A stretch of DNA of 64,000 nucleotides, taken from assembly GCA_028826165.1 (NCBI GenBank), contig JAPDFW010000068.1, positions 372,001 to 436,000 on the forward strand, written 5' to 3'. Positions 10,905 through 24,809 of the stretch are shown one piece after another. Both the position numbers and the translations under genes were made by a program. A model generated the notes under the pieces. The model was not told the origin of the DNA. It ran no database searches and was given only the letters and a program-made list of their open reading frames with translations. The DNA comes from Anaeramoeba ignava BMAN. Its lineage: Eukaryota > Protista > Anaeramoebae. The first letter of the stretch is position 1; each line of letters begins with the position of its first letter.

Positions 10905-13900
10905 ATGAATATTTGGGAAATTATTGAGAATAATAAAAATAATAAAGAATTATTGAAACAAATTGAATCCATTACAGAAAAACAATTAAAAGAAAATGAT
11001 CAAAAAAAATCAATTTTAAAATTTTCAATAAAAAAACAAATTTCAAAAGAAATAATTGAATTATTAATTTCAAAAGGAATTGATAATATTAATTTAAAAG
11101 ATAAAAAAGGAAGAAATTTATTACACATTTCATTTTTAAATAATCCAAATTTAGAAATTATTGAATATTTAATTTCCAAAGGAATTGATATTAATTCAAA
11201 AGATAAAAAAGGAAAAACAATTCTTCATTATTCATTTATTTACTTAAAAAAAGATCAATTAATTCAAATTATTGAATATTTAATTTCCAAAGGAATTGAT
11301 ATTAATTCAAAAACAAATAGAAATGAAACAATTTTACATTTTGCTTGTAAATACAATTCAATTCAAATTATTGAATATTTAATTTCCAAAGGAATTGATA
11401 TAAATTCAAAAACAGTTATAAATGAAACAGTTTTACATTTTGCTTGCCAAAAAAATTCAATTCAAATTATTGAATATTTAATTTCCAAAGGAATTGATAT
11501 TAATTCAAAAACAGATGAAAATGAAACAGTTTTACATTATGCTTGTAAATACAATTCAATTCAAGTTATTGAATACTTAATTTCCAAAGGAATTGATATT
11601 AATTCAAAAACAGATTATAATCAAACAGTTTTACATTATGCTTGTAAACATAATTCAATTCAAGTTATTAAATACTTAATTTCCAAAGGAATTAATATTA
11701 ATTCAAAAACAGTTTATTATGAAACAGTTTTACATTATGCTTGTAAATGTAATTCAATTCAAGTTATTGAATACTTAATTTCCAAAGGAATTAATATTAA
11801 TTCAAAAACAGTTTATTATGAAACAGTTTTACATTATGCTTGTAAATGTAATTCAATTCAAATTATTGAATACTTAATTTCAAAAGGAATTGATATAAAT
11901 TTAAAAACAAATAATAATGAAACAATTTTACATTATGCTTGTCAAAAAAATTCAATTCAAGTTATTGAATATTTAATTTCCAAAGGAATTGATATTAATT
12001 CAAAAACAGTTCAAAATGAAACAATTTTACATTTTGCTTGTAAACATAATTCAATTCAAGTTATTAAATATTTAATTTCCAAAGGAATTGATATTAATAC
12101 AAAAACCATTAATAATGAAACAATTTTACATTTTATTTGCCAAAATAATCCAAAACTTGAAATAATTGAATATTTAATTTCCAAAGGAATTAATATTAAT
12201 ACAAAAACAAATCAAAATGAAACAATTTTACATTATCTTTGCCAAAATAATCTAAATTTAGAAATAATTAAATATTTAATTTCCAAAGGAATTGATATTA
12301 ATTCAAAAACAAATTATAATGAAACAATTTTACATTTTATTTGTCAAAATAACCCAAATTTAGAAATTATTGAATATTTAATTTCCAAAGGAATTGATAT
12401 TAATTCAAAAACAAATTATAATCAAACAGCTTTACATTTTATTTGCCAAAATAATCCAAAACTTGAAATTATTGAATATTTAATTTCCAAAGGAATTGAT
12501 ATTAATACAAAAACAACTAATAATGAAACAATTTTACATAATGTTTGTAGAAATAATCCAAAACTTGAAATTATTAAATATTTAATTTCCAAAGGAATTA
12601 ATATTAATACAAAAACAAATAATAATGAAACAGTTTTACATTATGTTTGTAGAAACAATCCAAAACTTGAAGTTATTAAATATTTAATTTCTAAAGGAAT
12701 TGATATTAATACAAAAACAAATTATAATGAAACAATTTTACATTTTATTTGCCAAAATAACCCAAATTTAGAAATTATTGAATATTTAATTTCCAAAGGA
12801 ATTGATATTAATATAAAAACAAATAATAATGAAACAACTTTACATTTTATTTGCCAAAATAATCCAAAAATTGAAATTATTGAATATTTAATTTCCAAAG
12901 GAATTGAAATTAATACAAAAACAAATAATAATGAAACAGTTTTACATTATGTTTGTAGAAACAATCCAAAACTTGAAATTATTGAATATTTGATTTCCAA
13001 AGGAATTGATATTAATATAAAAACAAATCAAAATGAAACAGTTTTACATGTTGCTTGTAGAAACAATCCAAAACTTGAAATTATTGAATATTTAATTTCC
13101 AAAGGAATTGATATTAATATAAAAACAAATCAAAATGAAACAATTTTACATATTGCTTGCATAAATAATCCAAAACTTGAAATTATTGAATATTTAATTT
13201 CCAAAGGAATTAATATTAATATAAAAACAAATAATAATGAAACAGTTTTACATTATGTTTGCAGAAGCAAAACAACAGTTAAAATTATTGAATATTTAAT
13301 TTACAAAGGAGTTGATATTAATGCAAAAAATAATGAAAATGAAACAGCTTTACATATTGCATTTCAATATAATTTACCATTTGAAATTATTGAAATATTA
13401 ATTGAAAATGGGATTGATATTAACACAAAATCAAACCAAAATTATACAGCTTTGCATATTGCATTACAAACTAGATCAACATTTGAAATTATTGAATATT
13501 TAGTTGAAAATGGAGCTGATGTTAATACAAAAACATTTCAAAATGAAACAACTTTACATTTTGCTTTACAAAATAATACATTTGAAGTTGCTAAATATTT
13601 AATTTCCAAAGGAGTTGATATTAATTCAAAAACAAATGAAAATGAAACAGTTTTACATTATGCTTGCCAATATAATCCATCACTTGAAGTTATTAAATAT
13701 TTGATTTCCAAAGGAATTGATATTAATTCCAAAACAAACAACAATGAAACATCTTTACATTATGTTTTTCGATATAATCCATCACTTGAAATTATTGAAT
13801 ATTTGATTTCCAAAGGAATTGATATTAATTCCAAAACAAATAATAATGAAACAGTTTTACATTATGTTTGCGAATTTATTCCATCACTTGAAATTATTAA

Positions 13901-16035
13901 ATGTTTAGTTTCAAATGGAATTGATATTAATGCCAAAACAGATGAAAATGAAACAGCCTTACATATTGTTTTACAAACAAATCCATCATTTGAAGTTATC
14001 AAATATTTTATTGAAAATGGATTTGATGTTGATTCCAAAACAAATCAAAATGAAACAATTTTACATATTGCTTGTCGAAATAATTCATCAATTGAAATTA
14101 TCAAATATCTTATTTCCAAAGGAGTTGATATTAACATCAAAACTTATCGGAATGAAACAGTATTACATTTAGCTTGTCAATTCAATCCACAACTTGAAGT
14201 TATCAAATATTTAGTTTCCAAAGGAGTTGATATTAATGCAAAAACAAATCGAAATGAAACAGCTTTACTTTGTGTTTGCCATTATAAACCACAATTTGAA
14301 ATTATTGAATATCTTGTTTCCAAAGGGATTGATATTAATGTAAAAACAATTTATGGAGAAACAGCATTACATTTAGTTTGCCAATATAATCCACAACTTG
14401 AAATTATCAAATACTTTGTTTCCAAAGGGATTGATATTAATTCAAAAACAAATAATAATGAAACAGCTTTACATTTTTTTTGTAGAAATAATTCAACACT
14501 TGAAATTATTGAATATTTCGTTTCCAAAGGAATTGATATTAATTCCAAAACAAATAATAATGAAACGTTTTTACATTTAGCTTGTCAATTTAATCCACAA
14601 CTTGAAGTTATTAAATATTTTGTTTCCAAAGGAATTGATATTAATTCCAAAACAAATCAAAATGAAACAGCTTTGAATTGTGTTTTTCAATTCAAACCAT
14701 CATTTGAAATTATTAAATATTTTATTTCCAAAGGAATTGATATTAATTCCAAAACAAATGATAATCGAACAATTTTACATTATGCTTGTCGAAATCAAAA
14801 TTCAACATTTGAAATTATCAAATTTCTTGTTTCCAAAGGAGCTGATGTTAATGCAAAAACAAATCAAAATGAAACAATTTTACATCATGCTTTTCAATAT
14901 AATTTATCAAATGAAATTATCAAATATCTCATTTCAAAAGGAGTTGATATTAATGCAAAAACAAATCAAAATCAAACAATTTTTCATCTTGCTTTTTCAA
15001 TACAACTCATCTATTGAAATTATCAAATATCTTATTAAAAAGGGATTGATATCAATGCAAAAACAGATTATAATGAAACAGCACTTTCAATATCTATTAC
15101 AAAAAAAAATCAAAAATTAATTGAATTATTATTAATAAATGAAGTTGATTTTTATGAATTAAGTAAAGAACAAATTTCCAAACAATTTATTGAAATATTT
15201 ACACAAATTTATTCAATTAATGAAGATATGAACAAATTATTAAATTCAAATGATAATTTTTCAGATTATCAAATTCAAACAAATGATTTCTCTAAAATAT
15301 CTATTCATAAATTAATTCTTTTAACACGATTCAATAATGATAAAACAATTTTCCAAAAATTTATTAATATTTGCAAATTAAAACCCAAAAGAGAAGTTGA
15401 AATTATTCTAAATTTCCTTTATACAGGATTTCCAAATTTTCAAGAATTAATTAATAAATTAAATGAAACACAAAATCAAAAAAAATCAAAATTCATCAAA
15501 TCGAATTAATCTTTTTGGGGAATAAAAACAAAATTCCCAAAATCAAGAAGAAAAAATATGTTTTTCAAAGATTTTTAAACAAAAAGAAAATAAAATTACA
15601 GAATTTTTGAAAGAAATTGGAATTGAATCAAATTGGATAAAACAAAAAAAAGGAAGAAAAGGAATAATAAAAGATTTAACAAAATTATATGAAGAAGAAA
15701 CAACAAAAGATTTTACAATAATTGTTTCAGAAAAAGAAATCAAAGTTCATAAATTAATATTGATAATAAGAAGTGAATTATTCAAAGGAATGTTTTTAAG
15801 TGTTCAAGATTCTTCAAATCAAGTTCATGATTATTCAAGAAAATCATTTGAAACAATTCAACAATTAATTTATTTTCTTTATCATGATAAATTTTATAAA
15901 GAAAGAAAAGGAAATAATCATCAAAATAATAATCAAAATTATAATAATAATATTGAAGAATTTAAAGATTTAAAAGATTTTTATCAATTAAATCAAAATT
16001 CAATAATTGATTTATTTTTAAAAAAGTTAAAATAA
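10905..16035 (+). CDS. Second intronless ankyrin-repeat (about 40) plus tandem BTB protein, interrupted by three homopolymer frameshifts (~14995, ~15040, ~15480)
   Basis: ORFs 10905-15017, 14680-15120 (C-terminal part), 15228-15509 and 15607-16035 join into a paralogue of the 5944 gene once single-base indels in T/A runs are corrected. The BTB region is near-identical to that of the 5944 gene. Confidence 0.85.
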
Positions 16036-16430
16036 AAACGAAAATCAAAAATCAAATTGAAATTCAAATCAAATTCCAAATCAAATTCAAATCAAATTCC
16101 AAATTCAAAATCAAATTCAAATTCCAAATCAAATTCAAAATTCAAATCAAATTCCAAATTCAGATCCAAATTCAAAATTAAATTCCAATTCCAATTCCAA
16201 ATTCAAATTTAAATTCCAAATTCAAAATTCCAAATTTCAAATCAAATTCCAAATTTCAAATCAAATTCAAATCAAATTCCAAATTTAAAATCAAATTCAA
16301 TTCAATTCCAAATTCCAAATTCAAATCAAATTCAAATCAAATTCAAATCAAATTCAAATCAAATTCCAAATTCAAATCAAATTCAAAATTAAATTCAAAT
16401 CAAATTCAAAATTCCAAATTCCAAATTTTG
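16036..16430. repeat. Low-complexity AAATTC/AAATCAAATTC(C) simple repeat between convergent genes
   Basis: Degenerate 5-11 nt units read directly. Confidence 0.8.
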
Positions 16431-16438
16431 GTTTTTTT

Positions 16439-18988
16439 TTAAATTTCATCTATAAAATTTATTTTTTCTTGAATATTTTCATTATCAGGAAAATTTTCTA
16501 TTGCTTTTTTAATAATATTGATTCCATTTAATGTTTTGATTATTTCTTGGTTTTCTTTATTTTTTTTTTTAAAAGAAGAAAGAATTTTATTTAAATTAAT
16601 TTAAATTTAATTTAATTTTTGGATTTTTTGATTTTAATTTTTTACTTTTATTATCATTAGAAATATTTAATAAAGCTTCACATCCATTTTCTTGAATATT
16701 TTCATTATTTGGGAAATTATTCATTGATTTAATAATTGATTCAATTCCTTTTAAAATTCTTATTTCATTTTGATTTTCTTTTTATATTTTAATTTTTTAA
16801 TATTTATTTTTTGGATTATAAAAATTATTAAATTTTTGGATTTAATTTACTTTTATTATCATTAGAAATATTCCATAAAGCTCCACATCCTTGATATTGA
16901 ATATCTTCATTATTTGGGAAATTATTCATTGATTTAATAATTGATTCAATTCCTTTTAAAATTCTTATTTCATTTTGATTTTCTTTATTTTGATTTTTTA
17001 ATATTTATTTTTTGGATTATAAAGTTATTAAATTTTTGGATTTAATTTACTTTGATTATCATTAGAAATACTCCATAAAGCTCCACATCCATTTTCTTGA
17101 ATATTTTCATTATTTGGGAAATTATTCATTAATTTAATAATTGTTTCAATTCCTTTTAAAATTCTTATTTCATTTTGATTTTCTTTATTTTGATTTTTTA
17201 ATATTTATTTTTTGGATTATAAAAATTATTAAATTTTTGGATTGAATTTACTTTTGTTATCATTAGAAATATTCCATAAAGCTCCACATCCTTGATATTG
17301 AATATCTTCATTATTTGGGAAATTGTTCATTGATTTAATAATTGATTCAATTCCTTTTAAAATTCTTATTTCATTTTGATTTTCTTTATTTTGATTTTTT
17401 AATATTTATTTTTTGGATTATAAAGTTATTAAATTTTTGAATTTACTTTGATTATCATTAGAAATACTCCATAAAGCTCCACATCCTTGATATTGAATAA
17501 CTTCATTATTTGGGAAATTGTTCATTGATTTAATAATTAATTCAATTCCTTTTAAAATTCTTATTTCATTTTGATTTTCTTTTTTTTGATTTTTTAATAT
17601 TTATTTTTTGGATTTTAAAAATTATTAAATTTTTGGATTGAATTTACTTTTATTATCAAAAGAAGTATCTGCTAAAATTTCACATCCATTTTCTTGAATA
17701 TTTTCATTATTTGGGAAATTATTCATTAATTTAATAATTGTTTCAATTCCTTTTGGAGTTTTTATTTCTTTTTAATTTTGGATTTAATTTGAATCTTCTT
17801 TTCATTATTGTTATTGTTATTATTGTTATTATTGTTATTATTACGTTGATCTTGAAAAGCAGTATTCATTAATTCTTTATATTCATCATTATTTTCGATA
17901 TCTTCATTATTTGGAATATTAATCATTAATTTAATAATTGCTTCAATTCCTTCTAATTCTCTTATTTTATCTCGATTTTCTTTAGATTTATTTAGATTTT
18001 GTTTAAATTTTGTTTAAATTTGTTTAAAAAAAAAAAGAAATTAATAATTTTTACCTTGATTTTTTTCTTGTATAAATTTTTGTAAAATAATAAATCCTTT
18101 TTCTTGAATATTTTCATTATTTGGATATTTTTCCATCAATTTAATTATTTCTTCAATTGATTCTTTTAATTTGTTTGTTTGTTTGTTTGTTTTTTTTCAA
18201 TTAAAATTTTTTATAAAAGAAAAAATATAATTTTTTAATTTACAATTTTAATATTTGATTTATTTTTTTTATTGAAATAAATAATAAATAATAAATAATT
18301 TACTTTCATCTATATTTGAAGTTTTATTTACAAAATTTTGTAAAATTGTTTGTTCCATTTCTAATCTATTTTTTTCAACATTTTCATTTTGATTTTCATT
18401 TTCATTTTCATTTTGATTTTCATTTTCATTTTCATTTTCATTTTGATTTTGATTTTGATTTTGATTTTGATTTTGATTTTGATTTTGATTTTGATTTTCA
18501 TTTTGATTTTGATTTTGATTTTCAAATTGATTTTCATTTTGATTTTCATTTTGATTTTCATTTTCAAATTGATTTTGATTTTGATTTTGATTTTCATTTT
18601 CAAATTGATTTTGATTTTCATTTTCATTTTGATTTTGATTTTCATTTTCATTTTCATTTTGATTTTGATTTTGATTTTGATTTTGATTTTCAAATTGATT
18701 TTGATTTTCATTTTGATTTTGATTTTGATTTTGATTTTGATTTTGATTTTCATTTTCATTTTGATTTTGATTTTCATTTTGATTTTGATTTTGATTTTGA
18801 TTTTGATTTTGATTTTCATTTTGATTTTGATTTTGATTTTGATTTTGATTTTGATTTTCAAATTCATTTTGATTTTGATTTCGATTTTGATTTTCAAATT
18901 GATTTTGATTTTCATTTTGATTTTGATTTTCATTTTCATTTTGATTTTCATTTTCATTTTCATTTTGAAATTGAGATGATTTATTCAT
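16439..18988 (-). CDS. Armadillo-repeat protein with N-terminal QN/EN tract; about 10 exons, phase-1 introns, one ARM repeat per ~132-nt exon
   Basis: Spliced translation gives repeats ENQNEIRILKGIESIIKSMNNFPNNEDIQYQGCGALWNISNDN. GT-AG introns, e.g. 18163-18303 and 17980-18054. Exon 17051-17182 is 132 nt. Stop at 16439-16441. Mostly missed by the ORF track. Confidence 0.8.
16646..17770 (-). repeat. Tandem ~200-bp exon+intron duplications (5-6 copies)
   Basis: Exon and intron sequences (e.g. aatatttattttttggattataaa) recur almost unchanged at ~200-bp spacing. Confidence 0.9.
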
Positions 18989-19172
18989 TTTTTTTCTTTT
19001 TTGGAATATAATTTGAATTTAATAATTAAAGTAAATTTGTTTTTATAATAATTTATTTATAAAAAATATTTGCTAAATTGAAATTTCTTTTTTTTATTGA
19101 AATGAAAAAAATGAAAAAAAATAATTTGTTTTAATTTTTTAAAAAGAAAAAGAAAAAGAAAAAGAAAAGAAA

Positions 19173-21029
19173 TTATATGAATAAAATGGAAAATAAAGCC
19201 TTTCTTTGTTGTTTTTTAAATTTCCTAATTAATAAATCAAATAAATTTGGATTTGTTTGATTTAATTGAAAATAATCAATTCCAATTTTAATTTCATCAA
19301 TTATTTCTTGTGTAATTTGAATTCCTTTTTTAATTTGATTTGAATAAATCCAATATTCAAATATTTGAAATGATTTATTACTTAATTCACTATAATCTGT
19401 AACTTTATTAGAAGTATCTTCAGTTACAGATAAAAACATTCCTCGATATAATTCACTTCTCATTATTAATATTAATTTAGGAAATTTATATTGTTTTTCT
19501 TTTCTTTCAATAATAAAATTATTTTCATTTTCATTTAAATAAATTCTTTTCATTGTTTCTTCAATTTTTTCATTTGAATTTATAATTTCTTTAATTTCTG
19601 AATATAATTTTGGATTTATAATTCTGTTTGAATAAATCATTTCAAATATTTGATTTGATTCTTTAATTGATTTTTTTGAAATAATTTCTTTAAGTTTTTC
19701 AATTTGATTTTGGTTTTGATTTTGATTTAATCTATATTTCAATATTAATTTATGAGCTTCAATTATTTCTCCATTTTCGGTTTTAAATGAAATATTGCAA
19801 AATTCTTTTCTTCCAAATAATTTTATCAAATCTTCTTCAAGATTGGAAAAAGAAGGAGAATAATAAAGGAATGATCTATGATAACCACAATAAATATGAT
19901 AATTAGAAATATCTTCATTAAATCTTAATTTAGGAAGTTCAATTTGAATAGGATTTTTCTGATCTTCTGTATTTCCAATTCCTAATTCTCCAAAGCAGTT
20001 ACTCCCGAAACCTATTAATTTCCCTTTTTCAGTTAAAATCAAAGTATGATTGTATGTAACAGAAAAATCAAGAATATTATCATTTTCAAATAAAGGTGAT
20101 TTGATTTCAGTAAATTCGTCAGTATATAGATTTTTGCCAAGTCCATTAAATCGATATTCTCCACATGAATAAAGTTTTCTTTTGGATTTTCATTTTCATT
20201 TTCATCTTCAATCAGCATTATTGAATAAGCAGCTCCACATTTAATATCAATTATTTTGCCTTTTGGAATATTTGGAATTTTGGTTAATTTTTTGATTTTC
20301 GCACCTATAAATGATTTCCCTAATCCAATTTGATCATATTGATTATATCCACATCCAAATAATTCTTGATTTGAATTTAAAAAGAAAAACGCATTTTTGA
20401 AGAATTTCCTGAAAATATTTTAGAAACATTTTTCATCATTAAAATTGGTTTTTCTGTTTTTGATACAATGAATCAGAATCAAAACCAAGTTGACCATATT
20501 CATTTGAACCAATTCCATAAACATTATGATTTGAAGTTAATAAGTAAATTGAACTGTATCCAGAAACAATATCTTGAATTGTTCTATCATTTGGATCTTC
20601 AATTAATGATGAAATATTGATAAATTGATTTGGATAATCAAAGCTAATGCTTTCACCTTTTACAAGTACATTTCCTTCTGAAGTTAAAATAGCTTCATTT
20701 TGCCAACCAACAGATACTTTTTGAATTTTCTTCATTTCAATTTTTTGAGGTTTTTGGTTTGAATTTGAATTTCTTAAATATTCTATTGCTTTTCCATTTT
20801 TAAAAAGGAAAACTATTGAAAGTTTTCCTGATAAAATTTGTTTAATTTGTTTTTCATTTTCATTTTCATTTTCATTTTCATTTTCATTTTCATTTTCATT
20901 TTCATTTTCATTTTCAAATTTAAATTGAATTGGTTTTTTAATTTCATTTGATTTATTTTTATAAAATGTTGGATATTCATTTCTTCCAAAAAATATAATT
21001 TCATTCTTTTGATTATCAAATAAATTCAT
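19173..21029 (-). CDS. RCC1-repeat plus tandem BTB protein (frameshifted near 20460, 20400 and 20185)
   Basis: RCC1 motifs VYGIGSNEYGQLG, FGCGYNQYDQIGLG and GFGSNCFGELGIG; BTB motifs KEFCNISF..AHKLILKYRL and FPKLILIMRSELYRGMF. Likely ATG at 21029 (MNLFDNQK). Confidence 0.8.
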
Positions 21030-21122
21030 TTTTAAATTTTTCAAAAAAGAAAAAAATGAAAAAAAAATTTTATTCATTTTTCATTTTTCATTTTTCATTT
21101 TTCAATTATTTTTTTTTATAAA
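21030..21122. promoter_or_regulatory. Compact divergent promoter with TCATTTT (Inr-like) motifs on both strands
   Basis: 93 bp between divergent ATGs: aaaatga (minus-strand TCATTTT) towards the RCC1 gene and several tcatttt copies before the BCD1 ATG. Confidence 0.55.
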
Positions 21123-22739
21123 ATGTCTGAAAATAAATTTATTTGTGAAATTTGTCAAGAAAAATCTAAATATACTTGTCCTAGTTGTGGAATGCATACT
21201 TGTAGTTTAAAATGTTATCAAGAACATAAAGCAAAATTTAATTGTTCAGGAAAAAGATCAAAAACAGATTATATTTCTTTAAAAAATTTTGATGAAAATA
21301 ATTTTTTTAGTGGTAGAAATCTCAAATCATTTTAACAAGAAATTTAATTTTAAATTTTAATTTTAATTTTAATTTTAATTTTGATTTAATTTTAATTTTA
21401 ATTTTAATTTTTAATTTTAATTTTAATTTTAATTTTAATTTTATTTTTAATTTGAATTTTGATTTTAATTATAATTTAAATTTTTAATTATAATTTTAAT
21501 TTTAATTTTAATTTTAATTTTAATTTTTAATTTTAATTTAAAATTTTAATTTTAATTTTAATTTTAATTTTAATTTTAATTTTAATTTTAATTTTTATTT
21601 TAATTTTAATTTTAATTTTAATTTTAATTTTAATTTTAATTTAAATTTTAATTTTAATTTTAATTTAAATTTTTAATTTTAATTTTTAATTTTCAAATTT
21701 TAATTTTAATTTTAATTTTAATTTTAATTTTAATTTTAATTTTTAATTTTAATTTTTAATTTTTATCCAATTTTTAATTTGTATTTTAATTTTAATTTTA
21801 ATTTTAATTTTTAATTTTAATTTTAATTTTAATTTTGATTTTAATTTTTAAATTTTAATTTTAATTTTAATTTTAATTTTGATTTTAATTTTAATTTTAA
21901 TTTTGATTTTTTAGATATTAATTTCCTTGAAGAATGTGAATTTGTTATGAAAAGACAAAAAACTCTTAAATCAAAACCAAATAATCAAATCAGAAAATTA
22001 CCATTTTTTCTTCAAAAACTTATAAAAAAAGCACAAAATCAACAAATTCGTTTATTAATTCTTCCTTCTTCTATGAAAAAAAGAAAAGAAAATCAAACAA
22101 ATTTAAACAAAAAATTAAACAAAATTTTTTGGACAATTTGTTTTGAAATTGAAGAATCAAAATTTCTTTTTACATAAGTAAGATTTTTTTTAAAAAAGAA
22201 AAAAATAAATTTTGTTCCACTTTTTCATTTACAAAAAAAAATCAAAAAAAATCAAGAATTGATGAAAATTTAGAATTAGAAATTGTATTTAAAAATGCAC
22301 TTGAAAACAACAAGAAATTAAATCAAAAATCAAATTATTGAAAATTTAGATAAATTTAAATTTTGATAAAACAAGAAGAAAGACCTGTAAAAAAAAATAT
22401 TTTTTTAATTTAAAATCAATTGAACAAACTTTCTTATTTTTCTTATTTTTCTTATTTTTGTTCAAATCAAAAAAAAAAATAAATCAAAATCAATCAAAAT
22501 TCATAAAAAAAAATAAGGCAAATGATCCTGCTTTTTTTGAATTAGAACCAAAAAAATCAATTCAATACAATTTGAGATTTAAAACAATCATTGAATATCC
22601 TATTATAAAAGTTTGTTCTTTAGAAGAATTTTCGAAATTGAAAATTTCTGTTGAAAATCAAGCAAATTTTGATAATATTAATTATATTAGATTTGAACAA
22701 GAAAATGAAATTATCAATAAAGATGAACAAGAAAAATAA
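21123..22739 (+). CDS. BCD1: Box C/D snoRNP assembly factor with HIT zinc finger (Bcd1/ZNHIT6); 4 exons, small frameshifts
   Basis: CEIC..SKYTCPSC..TCSLKCYQEHKAKFNCSGKRSKTDYI; splicing out intron 21313-21914 gives SDINFLEE; also LLILPSSMKKRKENQT, IFWTI and LRFKTIIEYPII. Confidence 0.88.
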
Positions 22740-22740
22740 T

Positions 22741-24640
22741 TCTTTCTATTTGATTTTAATTTTCATTTTGATTTTGATTTTGATTTTCATTTTGATTTTG
22801 ATTTTGATTTTGATTTTCATTTTCATTTTCATTTTCATTTTCATTTTCATTTTGATTTTGATTTTCATTTTGATTTGAATTTGATTTTGATTTTGATTTA
22901 AATTTGATTTTGAAATTGATTTTGATTTTGAATTTTGAAATTGATTTTAAATTTGATTTTGATTTTCATTTTCATTTTCATTTTCATTTTAAATTTGATT
23001 TTGATTTTCATTTTCATTTTCATTTTGATTTTGATTTTGATTTTGATTTTGAAATTGATTTTGATTTTGATTTTAATTTTCAAATTGATTTTCAAATTGA
23101 TTTTCATTTTAATTTTAATTTTCATTTTGATTTTGATTTTCATTTTGATTTTGATTTTGATTTTGATTTTGATTTTGATTTTGATTTTAATTTTCATTTT
23201 GATTTTAATTTTGATTTTGATTTTCATTTTCATTTTGATTTTGATTTTGATTTTCATTTTGATTTTGATTTTGATTTTGATTTTCATTTTCATTTTCATT
23301 TTCATTTTCATTTTCATTTTGATTTTGAATTTCATTTTGATTTTGATTTTCATTTTAATTTTCATTTTGATTTTCATTTTGATTTTGATTTTCATTTTGA
23401 TTTTGATTTTCATTTTCATTTTCATCTTGATTTTAAATTTTCATTTTGATTTTCATTTTCATTTTGATTTTAAATTTGAATTTGATTTTCATTTTGATTT
23501 TGATTTTGATTTTGATTTTCATTTTAATTTTAATTTTAATTTTGATTTTAATTTTAATTTTCATTTTGATTTAGATTTTGATTTTGAATTTAATTTTGAA
23601 TTTGAATTTGAATTTGAATTTGATTTAAATTTTGATTTTGATTTTGATTTTGATTTTCATTTTAATTTTAATTTTAATTTTGAATTTAATTTTCATTTTA
23701 ATTTTAATTTTCAATTTAAATTTGATTTTCATTTTGAATTTGAATTTGATTTTAATTTTGAATTTGAATTTGAATTTAAATTTGATTTTAATTTTGATTT
23801 TAATTTTCATTTTGATTTTGATTTTGATTTTAATTTTGAATTTGAATTTGAATTTGAATTTGAATTTGAATTTGAATTTGATTTAAATTTTGATTTTGAT
23901 TTTGAATTTGAATTTGAATTTAAATTTAATTTTGATTTTCATTTTAATTTTAATTTTGATTTTTCAATTTGATTTTGAATTTAATTTCATTTTCAATTTG
24001 ATTTTGAATTTAATTTTGAATTTAAATTTGAATTTAATTTTAATTTTAATTTTGATTTTGATTTTAAATTTCATTTTCATTTTGATTTTGAATTTGAATT
24101 TTCATTTTAATTTTGATTTTGAATTTAAATTTGATTTTAATTTTGATTTTGATTTTGATTTTAATTTTGATTTTGATTTTAAATTTGAATTGAATTTTAA
24201 TTTTGATTTTAAATTTTGATTTTGATTTTGATTTTGATTTTAATTTTGAAATTGATTTTCATTTTGATTTTGATTTTGATTTTCATTTTCATTTTCATTT
24301 TAATTTTGAATTTGATTTTGATTTTGATTTTGATTTTGATTTTGATTTTGATTTTGATTTTGAAATTGAAATTGATTTTGAATTTGAATTTGAATTTGAT
24401 TTTGATTTTCATTTTAATTTTCATTTTCATTTTCATTTTGATTTTGATTTTGATTTTGATTTTGATTTTGATTTTGATTTTGATTTTAATTTTCATTTTC
24501 ATTTTCATTTTCATCTTAATTTTGATTTTGATTTTGATTTTCATTTTCATTTTGAATTTGATTTTGATTTTAAATTTGAATTGAATTTTAATTTTGATTT
24601 TGAATTTTGATTTTGATTTTGATTTTGATTTTGAATTTGA
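22741..24640. repeat. ~1.9-kb degenerate hexamer microsatellite (ATTTTG/ATTTTC/ATTTTA) between convergent genes
   Basis: Read directly; produces the spurious IL/DF/KI ORFs in the track. Confidence 0.9.
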
Positions 24641-24809
24641 TTTCTTCATTTTTTGTATCAAAACACCATAAGAAAAAACAAGAAAATAAACAAATGGAAA
24701 AAAAAAAAACAAAAATAACTATAACCAATTAATTAAAGTAAGAAATTTGTGAATTTTTTTTTTGTGTAAATTTTTGGGAATTTAGATTTCCAAGTCGAAA
24801 TGACAGTGT

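Noticed and set aside
18316-24712. Long poly-IL, DF/HF and KI/KM ORFs in the ORF track (also 5885-6863, 31467-31902, 37569-38059, 48955-49830, 61325-61772)
   Set aside because: Alternative-frame or antisense translations of stop-free simple repeats.
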